Shown: positions 31,716 through 42,005, numbered from the stretch's first letter. The stretch is 64,000 nucleotides of DNA from an uncultured bacterium (GCA_963749495.1 CAVVMW010000021.1:288001-352000); one strand, 5' to 3'. The notes: generated from the sequence alone by a model not told the origin. Numbers and translations: made by a program.

Positions 31716-32966
31716 ATGACATCGCGTGAACGAGTGTTGGCTGCCCTGAACCACCGGGAACCGGACTGCGTCCCGATCGACCTGTCGGGCCATCGTTCGT
31801 CGGGCATCGCGGCGATGGCTTATGCGCGGCTGCGGGATTACCTGGGCCTGCCCAAGCGGCCGATCCGCGTCTATGACCCCATCCAGCAACTGGCGATTGT
31901 GGACGAGGACCTGCTGGAGCGGTTCCAGGTGGATACGATCGAACTGGGGCGCGCCTTCGCGCGCGAGGACAAATACTGGGCCGAGTGGGTCCTGCCCGAC
32001 GGGACGCCATGCCTGATGCCGGCCTGGGCGTTGCCGGAGAGACTCAACGGCGAGTGGGTGCTCCGTTCCAAGCCCGGCGGGCGTGTTATCGCCCGGATGC
32101 CGGAGGGCGTGTTGTATTTCGAGCAGGCCTGTTTTCCCTTCCTGGACCACGAAGACCTCGACCAGGTCGAGGCCGAGCTGTCCGGGTGTATGTGGGCGGC
32201 GATCGCCTCTCCGCCCGGACCCATCACGGCGGGGGAGGGGGGCGCAGCCATCCTGGCCGAGGGCGCCCGCGCCTTGCGCCGCCAGAGCGACCGCGCCATC
32301 CTGGGCCTGTTTGGCGGCAACTTCCTCGAACTGGGCCAATGGTTCTATCGCAACGACAACTTCTTCATGTTGCTGGCGGGCGAACCGGAGCGGGCCCACC
32401 GCTTCCTGGATCGGTTGCTCCAAATCCACGTCCGCAACCTCGACCGTTTCCTGGGCGCCGTGGCCGGCTCAATCAACATCATCGTTTTCGGCGACGACTT
32501 GGGCATGCAGTCGGGTCCGCAGGTCTCGCCAGCGATGTACCGGGAGTTTTTCAAGCCGCGCGAACGCATCCTCTGGCGGCAGGTCAAGGAGCGGGCGCCC
32601 CACCTCAAGATCATGCTCCACTGCTGCGGCGGCGTCCGCGAGTTGCTGCCCGACCTCATTGACGCCGGACTCGAAGCCATCAACCCGGTCCAGGTCACGT
32701 GCCACGGGATGGACGCCCGGGGCCTGAAGGCCGATTTCGGAAGGCAGTTGACCTTTTGGGGCGGCGGGTGCGACACCCGCGAGATCCTCATCAAGGGCAC
32801 TCCCGGCCAAGTCCGCGACCACGTCCGCCGCCAGGTCGAAATCCTAAGCCCGGGCGGCGGCTTCGTCTTCCAGCAAGTCCACAACATCCTGGCCGACGTG
32901 CCCCCGGCAAATGTCGTGGCTATGTACGAGGCGGTCTCGGATCAGCGGCGGAAGCCGCGCCCGTAG
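31716..32966 (+). CDS. Uroporphyrinogen decarboxylase family (MtaA/CmuA-like) protein
   Basis: MTSRERV..H.EPD, GDDLGMQ, HCCG, NPVQ, FWGGGCD and HNI motifs. Confidence 0.88.
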   Translation: MTSRERVLAALNHREPDCVPIDLSGHRSSGIAAMAYARLRDYLGLPKRPIRVYDPIQQLAIVDEDLLERFQVDTIELGRAFAREDKYWAEWVLPDGTPCLMPAWALPERLNGEWVLRSKPGGRVIARMPEGVLYFEQACFPFLDHEDLDQVEAELSGCMWAAIASPPGPITAGEGGAAILAEGARALRRQSDRAILGLFGGNFLELGQWFYRNDNFFMLLAGEPERAHRFLDRLLQIHVRNLDRFLGAVAGSINIIVFGDDLGMQSGPQVSPAMYREFFKPRERILWRQVKERAPHLKIMLHCCGGVRELLPDLIDAGLEAINPVQVTCHGMDARGLKADFGRQLTFWGGGCDTREILIKGTPGQVRDHVRRQVEILSPGGGFVFQQVHNILADVPPANVVAMYEAVSDQRRKPRP

Positions 32967-33673
32967 CGATAGTAGCCCCCGCCGAAGCCCCGCCCTCCCC
33001 AATATCCCCCGCGGCCGAAACCAAAGCCGATCGAGATTCCCGGGGAGAAATACGGCCCATAGTACCCATAGGAATAAGGAGCATAGTAGCCGTAGTAGGG
33101 GTTTATGGGCGGCGGGGAAGGGATGACGTAAAGGGAAGACGACGGCTGGGGGGCGGGCGGCGGCTTGGGGTAAACGGGCGCATATTGCGGGGCAGGCGCC
33201 GGGGCGGCCGGGGCCGGATAGGCCGGGGCGGGATAGGCCTGGGCCGCGGCCTCCTGCGCGGCGGCGGCCTGGGCGGCCGCTTCCTCTCCCACGTGGTTGC
33301 GCTGATTCATCATGGTGGTGAGCACGCGCTCGGAAACACCCTGGTTGCGCAAATAGACAATGTCGTTGGCGCGCAGGTTATAGACGGTGCCCGAGTTCAG
33401 GACAAAGTTGATGACGAGGTCCTCGCCGACCTGGGCCTTGGTGAGCTTGAGGACATCGTCCACCCCGTATGGCAGTCTGGCGGGGGCGGCTTGGACAGCC
33501 GATGGGGCCGGGGCCGGCGCTGGCGCGGGGGCCTGGACGACCGCAGGGGCGGGGGCGGCCTCAGCCGGAGGGGCATTTGTGTCTTCACCCTCGGCGAAAG
33601 CGGCGGAGACGGGGAGAAGTGACATGGCACTGGCCACCGCCAGGAAGAGGGCTCGAGCCGTCGGTCTTTTCAT
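32942..33673 (-). CDS. Hypothetical secreted protein with Pro/Ala-rich linkers and a Tyr/Gly-rich tail
   Basis: Signal peptide; DVLKL....VGED..I...Y.L...DIVYLR.QGVS..V domain. Confidence 0.75.
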   Translation of the reverse strand: MKRPTARALFLAVASAMSLLPVSAAFAEGEDTNAPPAEAAPAPAVVQAPAPAPAPAPSAVQAAPARLPYGVDDVLKLTKAQVGEDLVINFVLNSGTVYNLRANDIVYLRNQGVSERVLTTMMNQRNHVGEEAAAQAAAAQEAAAQAYPAPAYPAPAAPAPAPQYAPVYPKPPPAPQPSSSLYVIPSPPPINPYYGYYAPYSYGYYGPYFSPGISIGFGFGRGGYWGGRGFGGGYYRYGRGFRR

Positions 33674-33842
33674 AAAAACAGCCTTTCAACAGTTCTCGTT
33701 TACATATCCACTATGGCCGGAACGGACCGCCCGGTCAAGCAGGGACCGGTTGCACGTTCATCCTGCGATCCGTTCTGTGCTCTATAACACCGAGTCTTTG
33801 GACGAGTTGCGCATCGGGGGTATTCGAGGGCGGCGGAGAAAC

Positions 33843-34105
33843 GGGTGCGATTAAGAGCTTCGGGCATGCGCCTCGGGAGTTTTGTCCCGGAGGGACATCC
33901 GACAATAGCCCGGCGTTTCAACGCCGGGGAGGCCACAAAAGGGACCCTCGTCCCGAAGGGACGACTGAAAACACTCCTCGCTTTCAGCCGTCCCTTCGGG
34001 ACGGACCCTCTCCTTGGGTCCGCTCACCCGGCGTTGAAACGCCGGGCTATTGTCGAAAGCCCCTTCGGGGCAGAAAGGCGCCGTGGACTGACCGACAGTT
34101 TTTAA
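33843..34105. repeat. Family D element (second copy)
   Basis: Aligns end to end with the reverse complement of 26070-26331. Confidence 0.9.
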
Positions 34106-34168
34106 GGTGCAGCGCTTCAGGGCCGCGCTTTTTGTTGTCAACGGCAGATACATCCATTATCCATCAGC

Positions 34169-34318
34169 GTAACTGTTCAGGTGGTGACGCGTGGGGCAGA
34201 CCTCCGGTCTGCCGGTTGCAGGGGCCTCTGGCCCCGAGCCTCGGAACTGCAAAGAACACGGAGCCGGAGGCTCCGTGAACCGGCAGACCAGAGGTCTGCC
34301 CCACACCTGAACAGTTAC
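34169..34318. mobile_element. MITE (family E) with 15-bp terminal inverted repeats and an 8-bp target-site duplication
   Basis: GTAACTGTTCAGGTG...CACCTGAACAGTTAC flanked by CCATCAGC at 34161-34168 and 34319-34326. Confidence 0.9.
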
Positions 34319-34366
34319 CCATCAGCAACCGGGCCAAATGAGAAGGTTGGCGGCGCGCTCCAATTT

Positions 34367-35362
34367 ATGAAGAAGCTGAAGATCGCCCAATTCGGGCTTG
34401 GCCCCATCGGGGTCGAGACGTTGAAACTGGCGGCAACCAGGCCGTGGGCCGGGGTTGTCGGGGCCGTGGACATTGCCCCCGACAAGGTTGGGCGCGACCT
34501 TGGGCAAGTGACGGGGAGCAAGAGTCTCAAAGGCAGGCGAGTCTTCGGTTCGCTGGAGGAGGTGGTCGCGCAGACCAGGCCGGACTTGGTCTTTCACACG
34601 GCCGTCTCCAGGTTCGAGGAGGCCTTCGAACACCTCGCGTCAATGGCCAGGCTCGGCATCAATGTGGTCTCCTCGTGCGAGGAGTTGGTCTTCCCGCAAC
34701 TGCGGCATCCGCGCCTGGCCCGCAGCCTGGACCGGGTTTGCAAGGCCGGCGGCGCGCGCGTCCTGGGCACGGGCGTCAATCCCGGGTTCGTCATGGACGT
34801 CCTGCCCCTGCTGCTGACCTCGGTGACGCGCGACGTCTGCTCCGTCCACGTCCAGCGCGTGGTCAATGCCTCGACGCGGCGCGGGCCGCTCCAAAAGAAG
34901 ATCGGCAGCGGCCAACCGCCCGAGGTCTTCGGGCGCCTGCTCAAACAGGGCAAGGCCGGCCACGCCGGCTTGAAGGAGTCTGCGGCCCTTATCGCCCATT
35001 GCCTGGGATGGGAGCCGGTCCGGTTCATCGAGACGTCCCAGCCCATCGTCGCCCCTTACGACCTGCGCACCGCCTTTTTCGAGGTCAAGCGGGGCCAGAC
35101 CTGCGGCATTCACCAGCGCGTCGAGGCCCGGGTCAAGGGTGTCCAGTGCCTGACACTGGACCTCCAGATGTGCCTGGATGCCGAAGACCCCCATGACGCC
35201 ATCCAGATCGAGGGCGACCCGACGATCCAGGTGCTCATCCCGGGTGGCGTGCCGGGCGATGCCGCAACCGCAGCCGCCCTGGTCCACGTCGTCCCGCGCC
35301 TGCTGGAGGCCCCGCCCGGCCTCCGGCTCATGACGGACCTGGCTCTGCCCAGGTTCGGCTAA
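34367..35362 (+). CDS. Dihydrodipicolinate reductase-like / 2,4-diaminopentanoate dehydrogenase-like NAD(P)-dependent enzyme
   Basis: FGLGPIG, NVVSSCEE, GTGVNPGFVMD and GGVPGD motifs. Confidence 0.82.
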   Translation: MKKLKIAQFGLGPIGVETLKLAATRPWAGVVGAVDIAPDKVGRDLGQVTGSKSLKGRRVFGSLEEVVAQTRPDLVFHTAVSRFEEAFEHLASMARLGINVVSSCEELVFPQLRHPRLARSLDRVCKAGGARVLGTGVNPGFVMDVLPLLLTSVTRDVCSVHVQRVVNASTRRGPLQKKIGSGQPPEVFGRLLKQGKAGHAGLKESAALIAHCLGWEPVRFIETSQPIVAPYDLRTAFFEVKRGQTCGIHQRVEARVKGVQCLTLDLQMCLDAEDPHDAIQIEGDPTIQVLIPGGVPGDAATAAALVHVVPRLLEAPPGLRLMTDLALPRFG

Positions 35363-35370
35363 CCCCTCCG

Positions 35371-35739
35371 ATGGCCTGGAAGCGCAAAGTCAAGGGCGGG
35401 GTCCTGGCAGGAGTCGGTTACATGCTCTCGCCGCTGTCGTGGTGGAACGACCTCTTCGTCAATGTCCCGCTGGCGCTGGTCTTTGCCTGGGTGGTCAGCC
35501 TCTTCTACAAGCCCGCGTTCCAGGCCAGCCTGGTCATTGGCTACTGGCTCACTAACATCCTGGGCCTGGTCCTCCTGCACAAAGGCGCCGAGCAGCTCCT
35601 GACCGAAAACGAGCGAAAATACTCGCTGCGCCACCTGGCGCGGGACCTGGCCATTTCCCTGCTCTACACCGCGTTGATCCTCCTCCTGGTGAAGGCGGGG
35701 GTGTTGAAGCCCGTCGAGAGTTATTTCCCGGCAAGGTGA
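35371..35739 (+). CDS. Small hypothetical membrane protein
   Basis: Hydrophobic helices; LSPLSWWNDLFVN; codon usage typical of the window. Confidence 0.75.
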   Translation: MAWKRKVKGGVLAGVGYMLSPLSWWNDLFVNVPLALVFAWVVSLFYKPAFQASLVIGYWLTNILGLVLLHKGAEQLLTENERKYSLRHLARDLAISLLYTALILLLVKAGVLKPVESYFPAR

Positions 35740-35805
35740 GCCCACCAAATCCGGGACGAATCGGACCTGTCGGACCGGTCTGACGCGTCTGAGGCGTCCA
35801 ACTCG

Positions 35806-37029
35806 TCACCCAATAAACGCCGCGTGTACCGCCCTCAGGGCCTGCTCGGCCTTGGCGAGGTCCACTACGACGGAGATCTTGATCTCGCTGGTGGAAATCA
35901 TTTCGATGTTGATCCCTTCGCGGGCGAGCGTCTCGAAGAGTTTGCCCGCCACGCCGGTGTGGGTCTTCATGCCCACGCCCACGATCGAGAGCTTGGCGAT
36001 GTTGTCGGTGGCGATGACCTTGCCGAAGCTCATCTCGGGCTTGAGGCCATCGATGACCTTCTGGGCCTTGAGCAGGTCCGGTTTATCCACTGTAAACGAC
36101 AGGTCTGTGGCGCCCGGCATGCCGGAGTTGCCGTGGCTGAAGTTCTGCACGATCATGTCCACGTTGATGGCCGCATCGCCGATGGCCTTGAAGATGCGGG
36201 CGGCGATGCCCGGCTTGTCCGGCACGGCCACGAGCGTGACTTTGGCCTGGTTCTTGTCGAGCGAGACTCCCCGCACGACAATGTCCTCCATGTTCTTGGT
36301 TTCCTCTTTCACAATGGTTCCTGGGTTTTCATTGAGGCTGGAGCGTACTTCGAAGACGACTCCAAATTTTTTTGCGAACTCGACCGAACGCGACTGCATG
36401 ACCTTGGCGCCGAGGCTGGCCAATTCGAGCATCTCGTCATAAGAGATCTCGTCGAGCTTCCTGGCCTGGGGCACCAGTCGGGGGTCGGCGGTATAGACCC
36501 CGTCCACGTCGGTGTAAATCTGGCACAGGTCGGCCTTGAGGGTGGCGGCCAGCGCGATGGCCGTGAGGTCCGAACCGCCGCGTCCGAGCGTGGTGATCTG
36601 GCCCTCGAGGGTCTGGCCCTGGAACCCGGCCACGATGACCACTTTGCCCTGGCCCAGCAGTTCGTGGATTTTCCTGGGGGTGATGTTCTGAATCTTGGCC
36701 TTAGTGTGGACGCCGTCGGTCACGATGCCCGCCTGCGCCCCCGTGAGCGACACGGCCGGAATGTCCAGCGCGTGCAGGGCGATCGCCGTCAAGGCAATTG
36801 TCGTTTGCTCCCCCGTGGCCAGCAGCACGTCCATCTCCCGCTCGTTGGGCAGGGGCATGATCTCCTTGGCCAGCTTGATCAAATTGTCCGTCACGCCGCT
36901 CATGGCCGAAACGACCACGACAACCTTCTCGCCTTTGGTGTAATACCGGGCCACGCGCGAGGCCACGTTGCGGATGCGGTCCGGATTGGCCACCGACGTG
37001 CCGCCATACTTTTGTACAATCAATGCCAT
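35806..37029 (-). CDS. lysC: Aspartate kinase
   Basis: QKYGGTSV, TTLGRGGSD and TDVDGVYTADP motifs; two ACT domains. Confidence 0.97.
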   Translation of the reverse strand: MALIVQKYGGTSVANPDRIRNVASRVARYYTKGEKVVVVVSAMSGVTDNLIKLAKEIMPLPNEREMDVLLATGEQTTIALTAIALHALDIPAVSLTGAQAGIVTDGVHTKAKIQNITPRKIHELLGQGKVVIVAGFQGQTLEGQITTLGRGGSDLTAIALAATLKADLCQIYTDVDGVYTADPRLVPQARKLDEISYDEMLELASLGAKVMQSRSVEFAKKFGVVFEVRSSLNENPGTIVKEETKNMEDIVVRGVSLDKNQAKVTLVAVPDKPGIAARIFKAIGDAAINVDMIVQNFSHGNSGMPGATDLSFTVDKPDLLKAQKVIDGLKPEMSFGKVIATDNIAKLSIVGVGMKTHTGVAGKLFETLAREGINIEMISTSEIKISVVVDLAKAEQALRAVHAAFIG

Positions 37030-37079
37030 AACCGGCTTAGATTATGCGCAAGTGCGGCCACTTGACACGCCTTTTCTGC

Positions 37080-38555
37080 TCAACTGAAGTCCTCCACCCG
37101 GATGCGGACCGGGGGCGCCTTGACCACCGCCAGCCTGCCGATCTGGCCCAGGGCCCGTTCCACCGCCCCGTTGGGCGCATCGTGCAGCATCAGGATGAGC
37201 GGCACCCCCTGGCCGGGATGGCCCTCGGGCTGTATCACCGACGAAATGCCGATCCGCGCGGCGCCAAAGATTTTGGCTATCTTTGCCAGCGTGCCCGGCA
37301 CGTCCAGGACGTTGAGCCGCACGAAGCAGCGCGACACCACCTCCGCGATCGGCGCCACCGCCCCGTCCCGCTCATGCGGCACAAACGGGGGCAGGCGGTG
37401 CTTGGTGCCGAACTTGAGGTCCAGCGCCGCGTCCGCCAGATCGCTCAGCACCGCGCTGGCCGTGGCGTCCTTGCCCGCGCCCCGCCCGTAGAAGAGCGTG
37501 TCCCCAACAATGTCCCCGCGCACAAAGACCGCGTTAAAGACGTCGTTGACGCTGGCCAGGACGTGGCTGTTGGGCACGAGCGTCGGATAGACCGACACCT
37601 GGATGCGCGCCCCGCCGCGCCCCTCCGCCCTCCGTCCTCCGTCTTCCGTCCTCCGCCCTCCGTCTTCCGTCCTCCGCCCTCCGTCCTCTGCCCTCCGCCC
37701 TCCGCCCTCCGTCCTCCGTCCTCCGCCCTCCGTCCTCCGCCCTCCGCCCTCCGTCCTCCGCCCTCCGCCCTCCGTCCTCCGCCCTCCGTCTTCCGCCTTG
37801 ATGATCCCCAGCAGCTTGATCGTGTAGCCCAGTTGCGCGGCAAACCGGATGTCCATCTGCGTGATGGACCGGATGCCTTCCACATAGATGTCCTTGGGGT
37901 TGACCCAAAACCCATGGGCCAGCGAGGCCAGAATGCCGATCTTGTGGAGGGCGTCATGGCCGTCCACGTCCAGCGACGGCTCCGCCTCGGCGTAGCCGTG
38001 GGCCTGGGCGTCCTTGAGGACGGCGTCAAAATCCGCCCCCTCGTGTTTCATGCGAGTGAGGATGTAATTGCAGGTCCCGTTGACGATGCCATAGAGTTGG
38101 GTGATGCGATTGCCGACGAACCCCTCGCGCAGCGACTTGATGATCGGGATGCCGCCGCACACGCTCGCTTCGTAGTAAAGGTTGGTTCCATACTGCCGGG
38201 CGGCGGCGAAGAGTTCCTCGCCGTGCGCCGAGAGCAGCGCCTTGTTGGCCGTGATGACCGGCTTGCCCAGCTTGAGCGCCGCCAGGATGATGGACCGGGC
38301 CAGCGTGAGGCCTCCCACCAGTTCGGTGACGACGTCCACCTGCGGGTCGTTGACCACACCCTGCCAATCGGTCGTCAGCCACCGCGCCGCAATCTCGTAG
38401 GGCCGCGGCTCGTCCAAGGCCTTGACTGCCACTTTGCGCACGTTGACCCTCACACCGATGCGCGAGGCCATCAGATCGCCGTTGACCTGCAGGGCGTGAA
38501 ACACGCCGCTGCCCACCGTGCCGCCCCCAATCATGCCCAAATTCACTTGCTGCAT
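37080..38555 (-). CDS. hom: Homoserine dehydrogenase with an in-frame tandem-repeat insertion
   Basis: GGGTVG, TANKA, YEASVCGGIP, GIVNGTCNYIL, GYAEAEP and YGRGAG motifs; C-terminal ACT. Confidence 0.96.
   Translation of the reverse strand: MQQVNLGMIGGGTVGSGVFHALQVNGDLMASRIGVRVNVRKVAVKALDEPRPYEIAARWLTTDWQGVVNDPQVDVVTELVGGLTLARSIILAALKLGKPVITANKALLSAHGEELFAAARQYGTNLYYEASVCGGIPIIKSLREGFVGNRITQLYGIVNGTCNYILTRMKHEGADFDAVLKDAQAHGYAEAEPSLDVDGHDALHKIGILASLAHGFWVNPKDIYVEGIRSITQMDIRFAAQLGYTIKLLGIIKAEDGGRRTEGGGRRTEGGGRRTEGGGRRTEGGGRRAEDGGRRTEDGGRRTEDGGRRAEGRGGARIQVSVYPTLVPNSHVLASVNDVFNAVFVRGDIVGDTLFYGRGAGKDATASAVLSDLADAALDLKFGTKHRLPPFVPHERDGAVAPIAEVVSRCFVRLNVLDVPGTLAKIAKIFGAARIGISSVIQPEGHPGQGVPLILMLHDAPNGAVERALGQIGRLAVVKAPPVRIRVEDFS
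37621..37795 (+). repeat. Tandem heptamer (YCYTCCG) x25 inside hom
   Basis: Counted directly (175 bp); encodes about 8 EGGGRRT-like units. Confidence 0.96.
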
Positions 38556-38652
38556 AATAAGTCGCCCAGCTTGCCGCGATCCGAGGCCCGGGACAATGCA
38601 TTTTTGCGGCCCCGCGCAAGGCCGCAGTGCAGGTGGGAACGTCACTGGGGCA

Positions 38653-38802
38653 GACCCCTCACCCCGGCCCTCTCCCCTTCGGAAGGGGAGAGGGAGAGTT
38701 CTCCGTAGCGCTTTGAGGAAGCGAAGGCGCCGGAAAGCTCCCGAGACTGCCAACGCCTCTCCCTCTCCCCGTCGGACGGGGAGAGGGTTGGGGTGAGGGG
38801 TC
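38653..38802. repeat. Family A element
   Basis: Read directly between the divergent hom and protease genes. Confidence 0.9.
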
Positions 38803-38894
38803 CGCCCGGCACTCCGTCTCCGGCTTCACTGATCGATTACGTCCGCGCCGCTATTCTTCTTGACCGGCGACACAGGGGCTTTCATTTTCGGCAA

Positions 38895-40346
38895 GTGTTG
38901 AGAAAGATAGTATTGGTTTGGGTGCTGGCGGCGTGGCTGGTTCCGGCGCCGGGTGCGGAACCGGAGCGGTCGGTGGTGCAGATCATGACGTTTGCGCAGC
39001 AGCCGGCCTGGGACAGTCCATGGCGGTTCGACACGGTGCGGCGGGTGGGCGGCTCGGGTTTTGTCATCAAGGGCAAACGGGTCATGACCAACGCGCACGT
39101 GGTGAGCTGGGCGCGCCAGATCATCCTGCGCCGTTACCAGGACCCGCGCCCGTATCTGGCGGAGGTGGAGTACGTGGGCCACGACTGCGACCTGGCAGTG
39201 ATGAGCGTGGCGGACGGGCGTTTTTTCGAGGGCCTGGAGCCGCTGGAGTTTGGGGTGCTGCCCCAAGTGCGCTCGACGGTGGTCACTTACGGTTACCCGG
39301 CGGGCGGGGAGGAGATCTCCTACACGCGGGGGGTGGTGTCGCGGATCGAGCTGGAGACCTACGCGCACATTGGCAACCGGCATCTGCTGAGCGCACAGAC
39401 CGACGCGGCAATCAACCCGGGGAACAGCGGCGGGCCGGTCATCCAGGAGGACAAGGTGGTGGGCGTGGCGTTTCAAGGGATGCCGGGGCTGGAGAACGCG
39501 GGCTTTTTCATTCCGCCGCCGGTGATCGAGCATTTTCTGAAGGACATCGAGGACAAGCATTACGACGGCATTCCGCAGGCGGGGGTGCGTCTGGCCCAAC
39601 TCCAGAATCCGGCCTACCGGGCCCTGCTCAAGCTGCCGGACGATGCGCAGGGCGCGCGGGTGGACGGCCTGCTGCCGATTCCCAGCACCGAGAAGGTCCT
39701 CAAAGAGGAGGATGTGATTCTGCGAATCGGCTCGTTCGAGGTAGCGAGTGACAGCAAGATTCTTTACCAGGGAAATCGCGTGTCGGCGGCGCTGGCCTTT
39801 CAACTGGCCCAGGCAGGCGAGAGCGTTCCGCTGCAACTCTGGCGCGACGGGCGGCAGCAGGAGGTCTCGCTGCCGGTCTTTCCGTACACGGGTGACCGCG
39901 CCGCCGGCTACCAGCACGAGTCTTTGCCTCGTTATTTTGTGTATGGCGGACTGGTGTTCACGCCCTTGAGTCTCGATTACCTGAGGACCCAGGGGCGTCC
40001 TTCGGCCGATTCCTCGTCGAGCGAGCTCTACTACGAACTCTACTATCGGCGCTACGAAGACCCCAAGACGGCCCGCCCGGAGCCGGTGGTCCTGGCTTCG
40101 GTGCTGGCCGATGCCGTCAATGCCAACGTGGCCGTTCGGGGGCGGACGTTGGTGGACCGGATCAACGGGACCCGGATCGAGAGGCTCGAGGACGTGGTCC
40201 ACGCCTTCGAGGCCAGCACCAACGCCTACGAGGTGATTGAGTTCTTGCCCAATCACGTGGTCGAATGCCTGGATCGCGCCGAGACCGCCAAGGCCAATGC
40301 CGGCATTCTCAAGACCTATGGCGTGGGCAAGGACCGACGGCTGTGA
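38895..40346 (+). CDS. Deg2-like trypsin serine protease with PDZ domains (start approximate)
   Basis: GSGF, TNAHV, DCDLA, DAAINPGNSGGP and YGGLVF motifs. Confidence 0.9.
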   Translation: MLRKIVLVWVLAAWLVPAPGAEPERSVVQIMTFAQQPAWDSPWRFDTVRRVGGSGFVIKGKRVMTNAHVVSWARQIILRRYQDPRPYLAEVEYVGHDCDLAVMSVADGRFFEGLEPLEFGVLPQVRSTVVTYGYPAGGEEISYTRGVVSRIELETYAHIGNRHLLSAQTDAAINPGNSGGPVIQEDKVVGVAFQGMPGLENAGFFIPPPVIEHFLKDIEDKHYDGIPQAGVRLAQLQNPAYRALLKLPDDAQGARVDGLLPIPSTEKVLKEEDVILRIGSFEVASDSKILYQGNRVSAALAFQLAQAGESVPLQLWRDGRQQEVSLPVFPYTGDRAAGYQHESLPRYFVYGGLVFTPLSLDYLRTQGRPSADSSSSELYYELYYRRYEDPKTARPEPVVLASVLADAVNANVAVRGRTLVDRINGTRIERLEDVVHAFEASTNAYEVIEFLPNHVVECLDRAETAKANAGILKTYGVGKDRRL

Positions 40347-40347
40347 A

Positions 40348-40432
40348 GTGCGGAATGCGGAGTGCGGAGTGCGGAGTGCGGAATCCTTCGGGGGCAGGGG
40401 GGAATGACGAATGACGAATGACGAATGACGAA
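40348..40432 (+). repeat. Heptamer tracts (GTGCGGA)x5 and (ATGACGA)x4
   Basis: Read directly. Confidence 0.88.
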
Positions 40433-40501
40433 TGCAGATTTCAAAATGCGGGATGCGGGGCTTCGGCTTCGGATTCTGGAGAGGATGAGGTGCAGGAGAT
40501 T

Positions 40502-42005
40502 ATGTGCTCATATTTGACGAGGTTGAGGTGCGTGCTGGTGTTGCTGCTGGCGGTTCCGGTGGCGCGCGGCGCGGCCGGGGCGGCAGCGGAGGGCAAGGAT
40601 GAGAGATCGGTGTGGGAGTCGTCGATCGTGACGGTCGAGGTGGCGCGCAAGCAATATGATTATTACCAGCCCTGGAGCAAGGGCACGCGACGGCTGCAAA
40701 AGGCCGGGCTGGTCGTGGGGGAACGGGAGGTGCTGACGACGGCCGACGAGATGTTCGAGCGGACGCTGGTGCGGGTGCAGAAGGGGGGGCGCGGGCGGTG
40801 GTGGATTGGGGACGTGGCCTGGATAGATTACCACGCCAACCTGGCGCTGGTCACCGTTGCCGAGGCGGACTTTTGGCGCGGCCTCAGGCCGGCGGCGCTG
40901 GGCAGCGCGGCGCGGACCGAGGGAGCCATGAAGATTCTGAGGTGGCGCGAGGGCAACCTCGAGGACCGGCGGGCGGAGTTCACCCAGTTTCTCCGTGCGC
41001 GAGGGCCAGTTGAGCCCGGTCAACCAGGCGGTGCTCGAGGTCAGCTCCGAGATCCAGGGGGCGGGCTGGGGCGAGCCGGTGGTGGTCAATTCGCACGTGG
41101 CGGGGCTGCTGACGGCACAGGACGGGCGCAACAGCTATGCGATGCCGGGCTCGTTCATCCAGGCCGTGCTCGATGCCCGCCGCAAGGGCGCCTATCATGG
41201 CCTGGGTTTCTTCCACTTCTTTTGGGAGCCGGCCAAGAACCCGGCCACGCTGGCGCGGCTCGGCCTCACGGGCGAACCGCGAGGCGTCATCGTCATCCAC
41301 GTGCCCAGTCGCCCGGACGATTGCGAGCAGGTGGTCAAGCCCAACGACATTCTGTTGAACATCGACGGCTTCGATATCGATATCCAGGGCGACTACACGG
41401 ACCCGGAGTTCGGGCATTTGAGCCTGGAGGCCCTGGCAACGCGGCGCAAATGGGCGGGCGAGGACGTGAAGGTGCAGATCTGGCGCGACGGCAAGAGCAC
41501 GGACGTGAACTATCGGCTGCCGCGCTACGAGTACACCAACGCCCTGGTGCCTTACGCGGTGCACGACCAGGAGCCGGACTACTTGATTCTAGGCGGGCTT
41601 GTCTTCCAGCCCGTGACGGACAGCTACTTGCAGAGCTGGGGGCCGGAGTGGAAACGCAATGCGCCATTCCGCCTTTACTACTACAACAACGAGGAGCCGA
41701 CTCGGGAACGTCCGGCCCTGGTATTGCTCTCGCACGTGCTGCCGGATGCTTACAACATCGGCTACCAGGACCAAAAATACCTGGTGTTGGACAACGTCAA
41801 TGGACAGCGCGTCAACCGCCTCTCAGAGCTGCGCCAGGCCCTGCAAAAGCCTCAAGGCGGTTTCCACGTGCTCGATTTCGCGCGCGGCGACTCGCTCCGG
41901 CGCATCGTGCTGGCCGCTGGCAACGCCGAGCGCGAGGCCACAGCCCGGGTGCTCCGGCAATACGGCGTCAACCAGGCCAGCCGCATCGCGGCCCAGGCCA
42001 AGTGA
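40502..42005 (+). CDS. Deg2-like PDZ protease paralogue lacking the catalytic triad; frameshift near 40990
   Basis: Colinear with the upstream protease (GGLVFQP, C-terminal YGV) but has TTADE, YHANLA and GAGWGEP at the triad positions. Confidence 0.78.
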
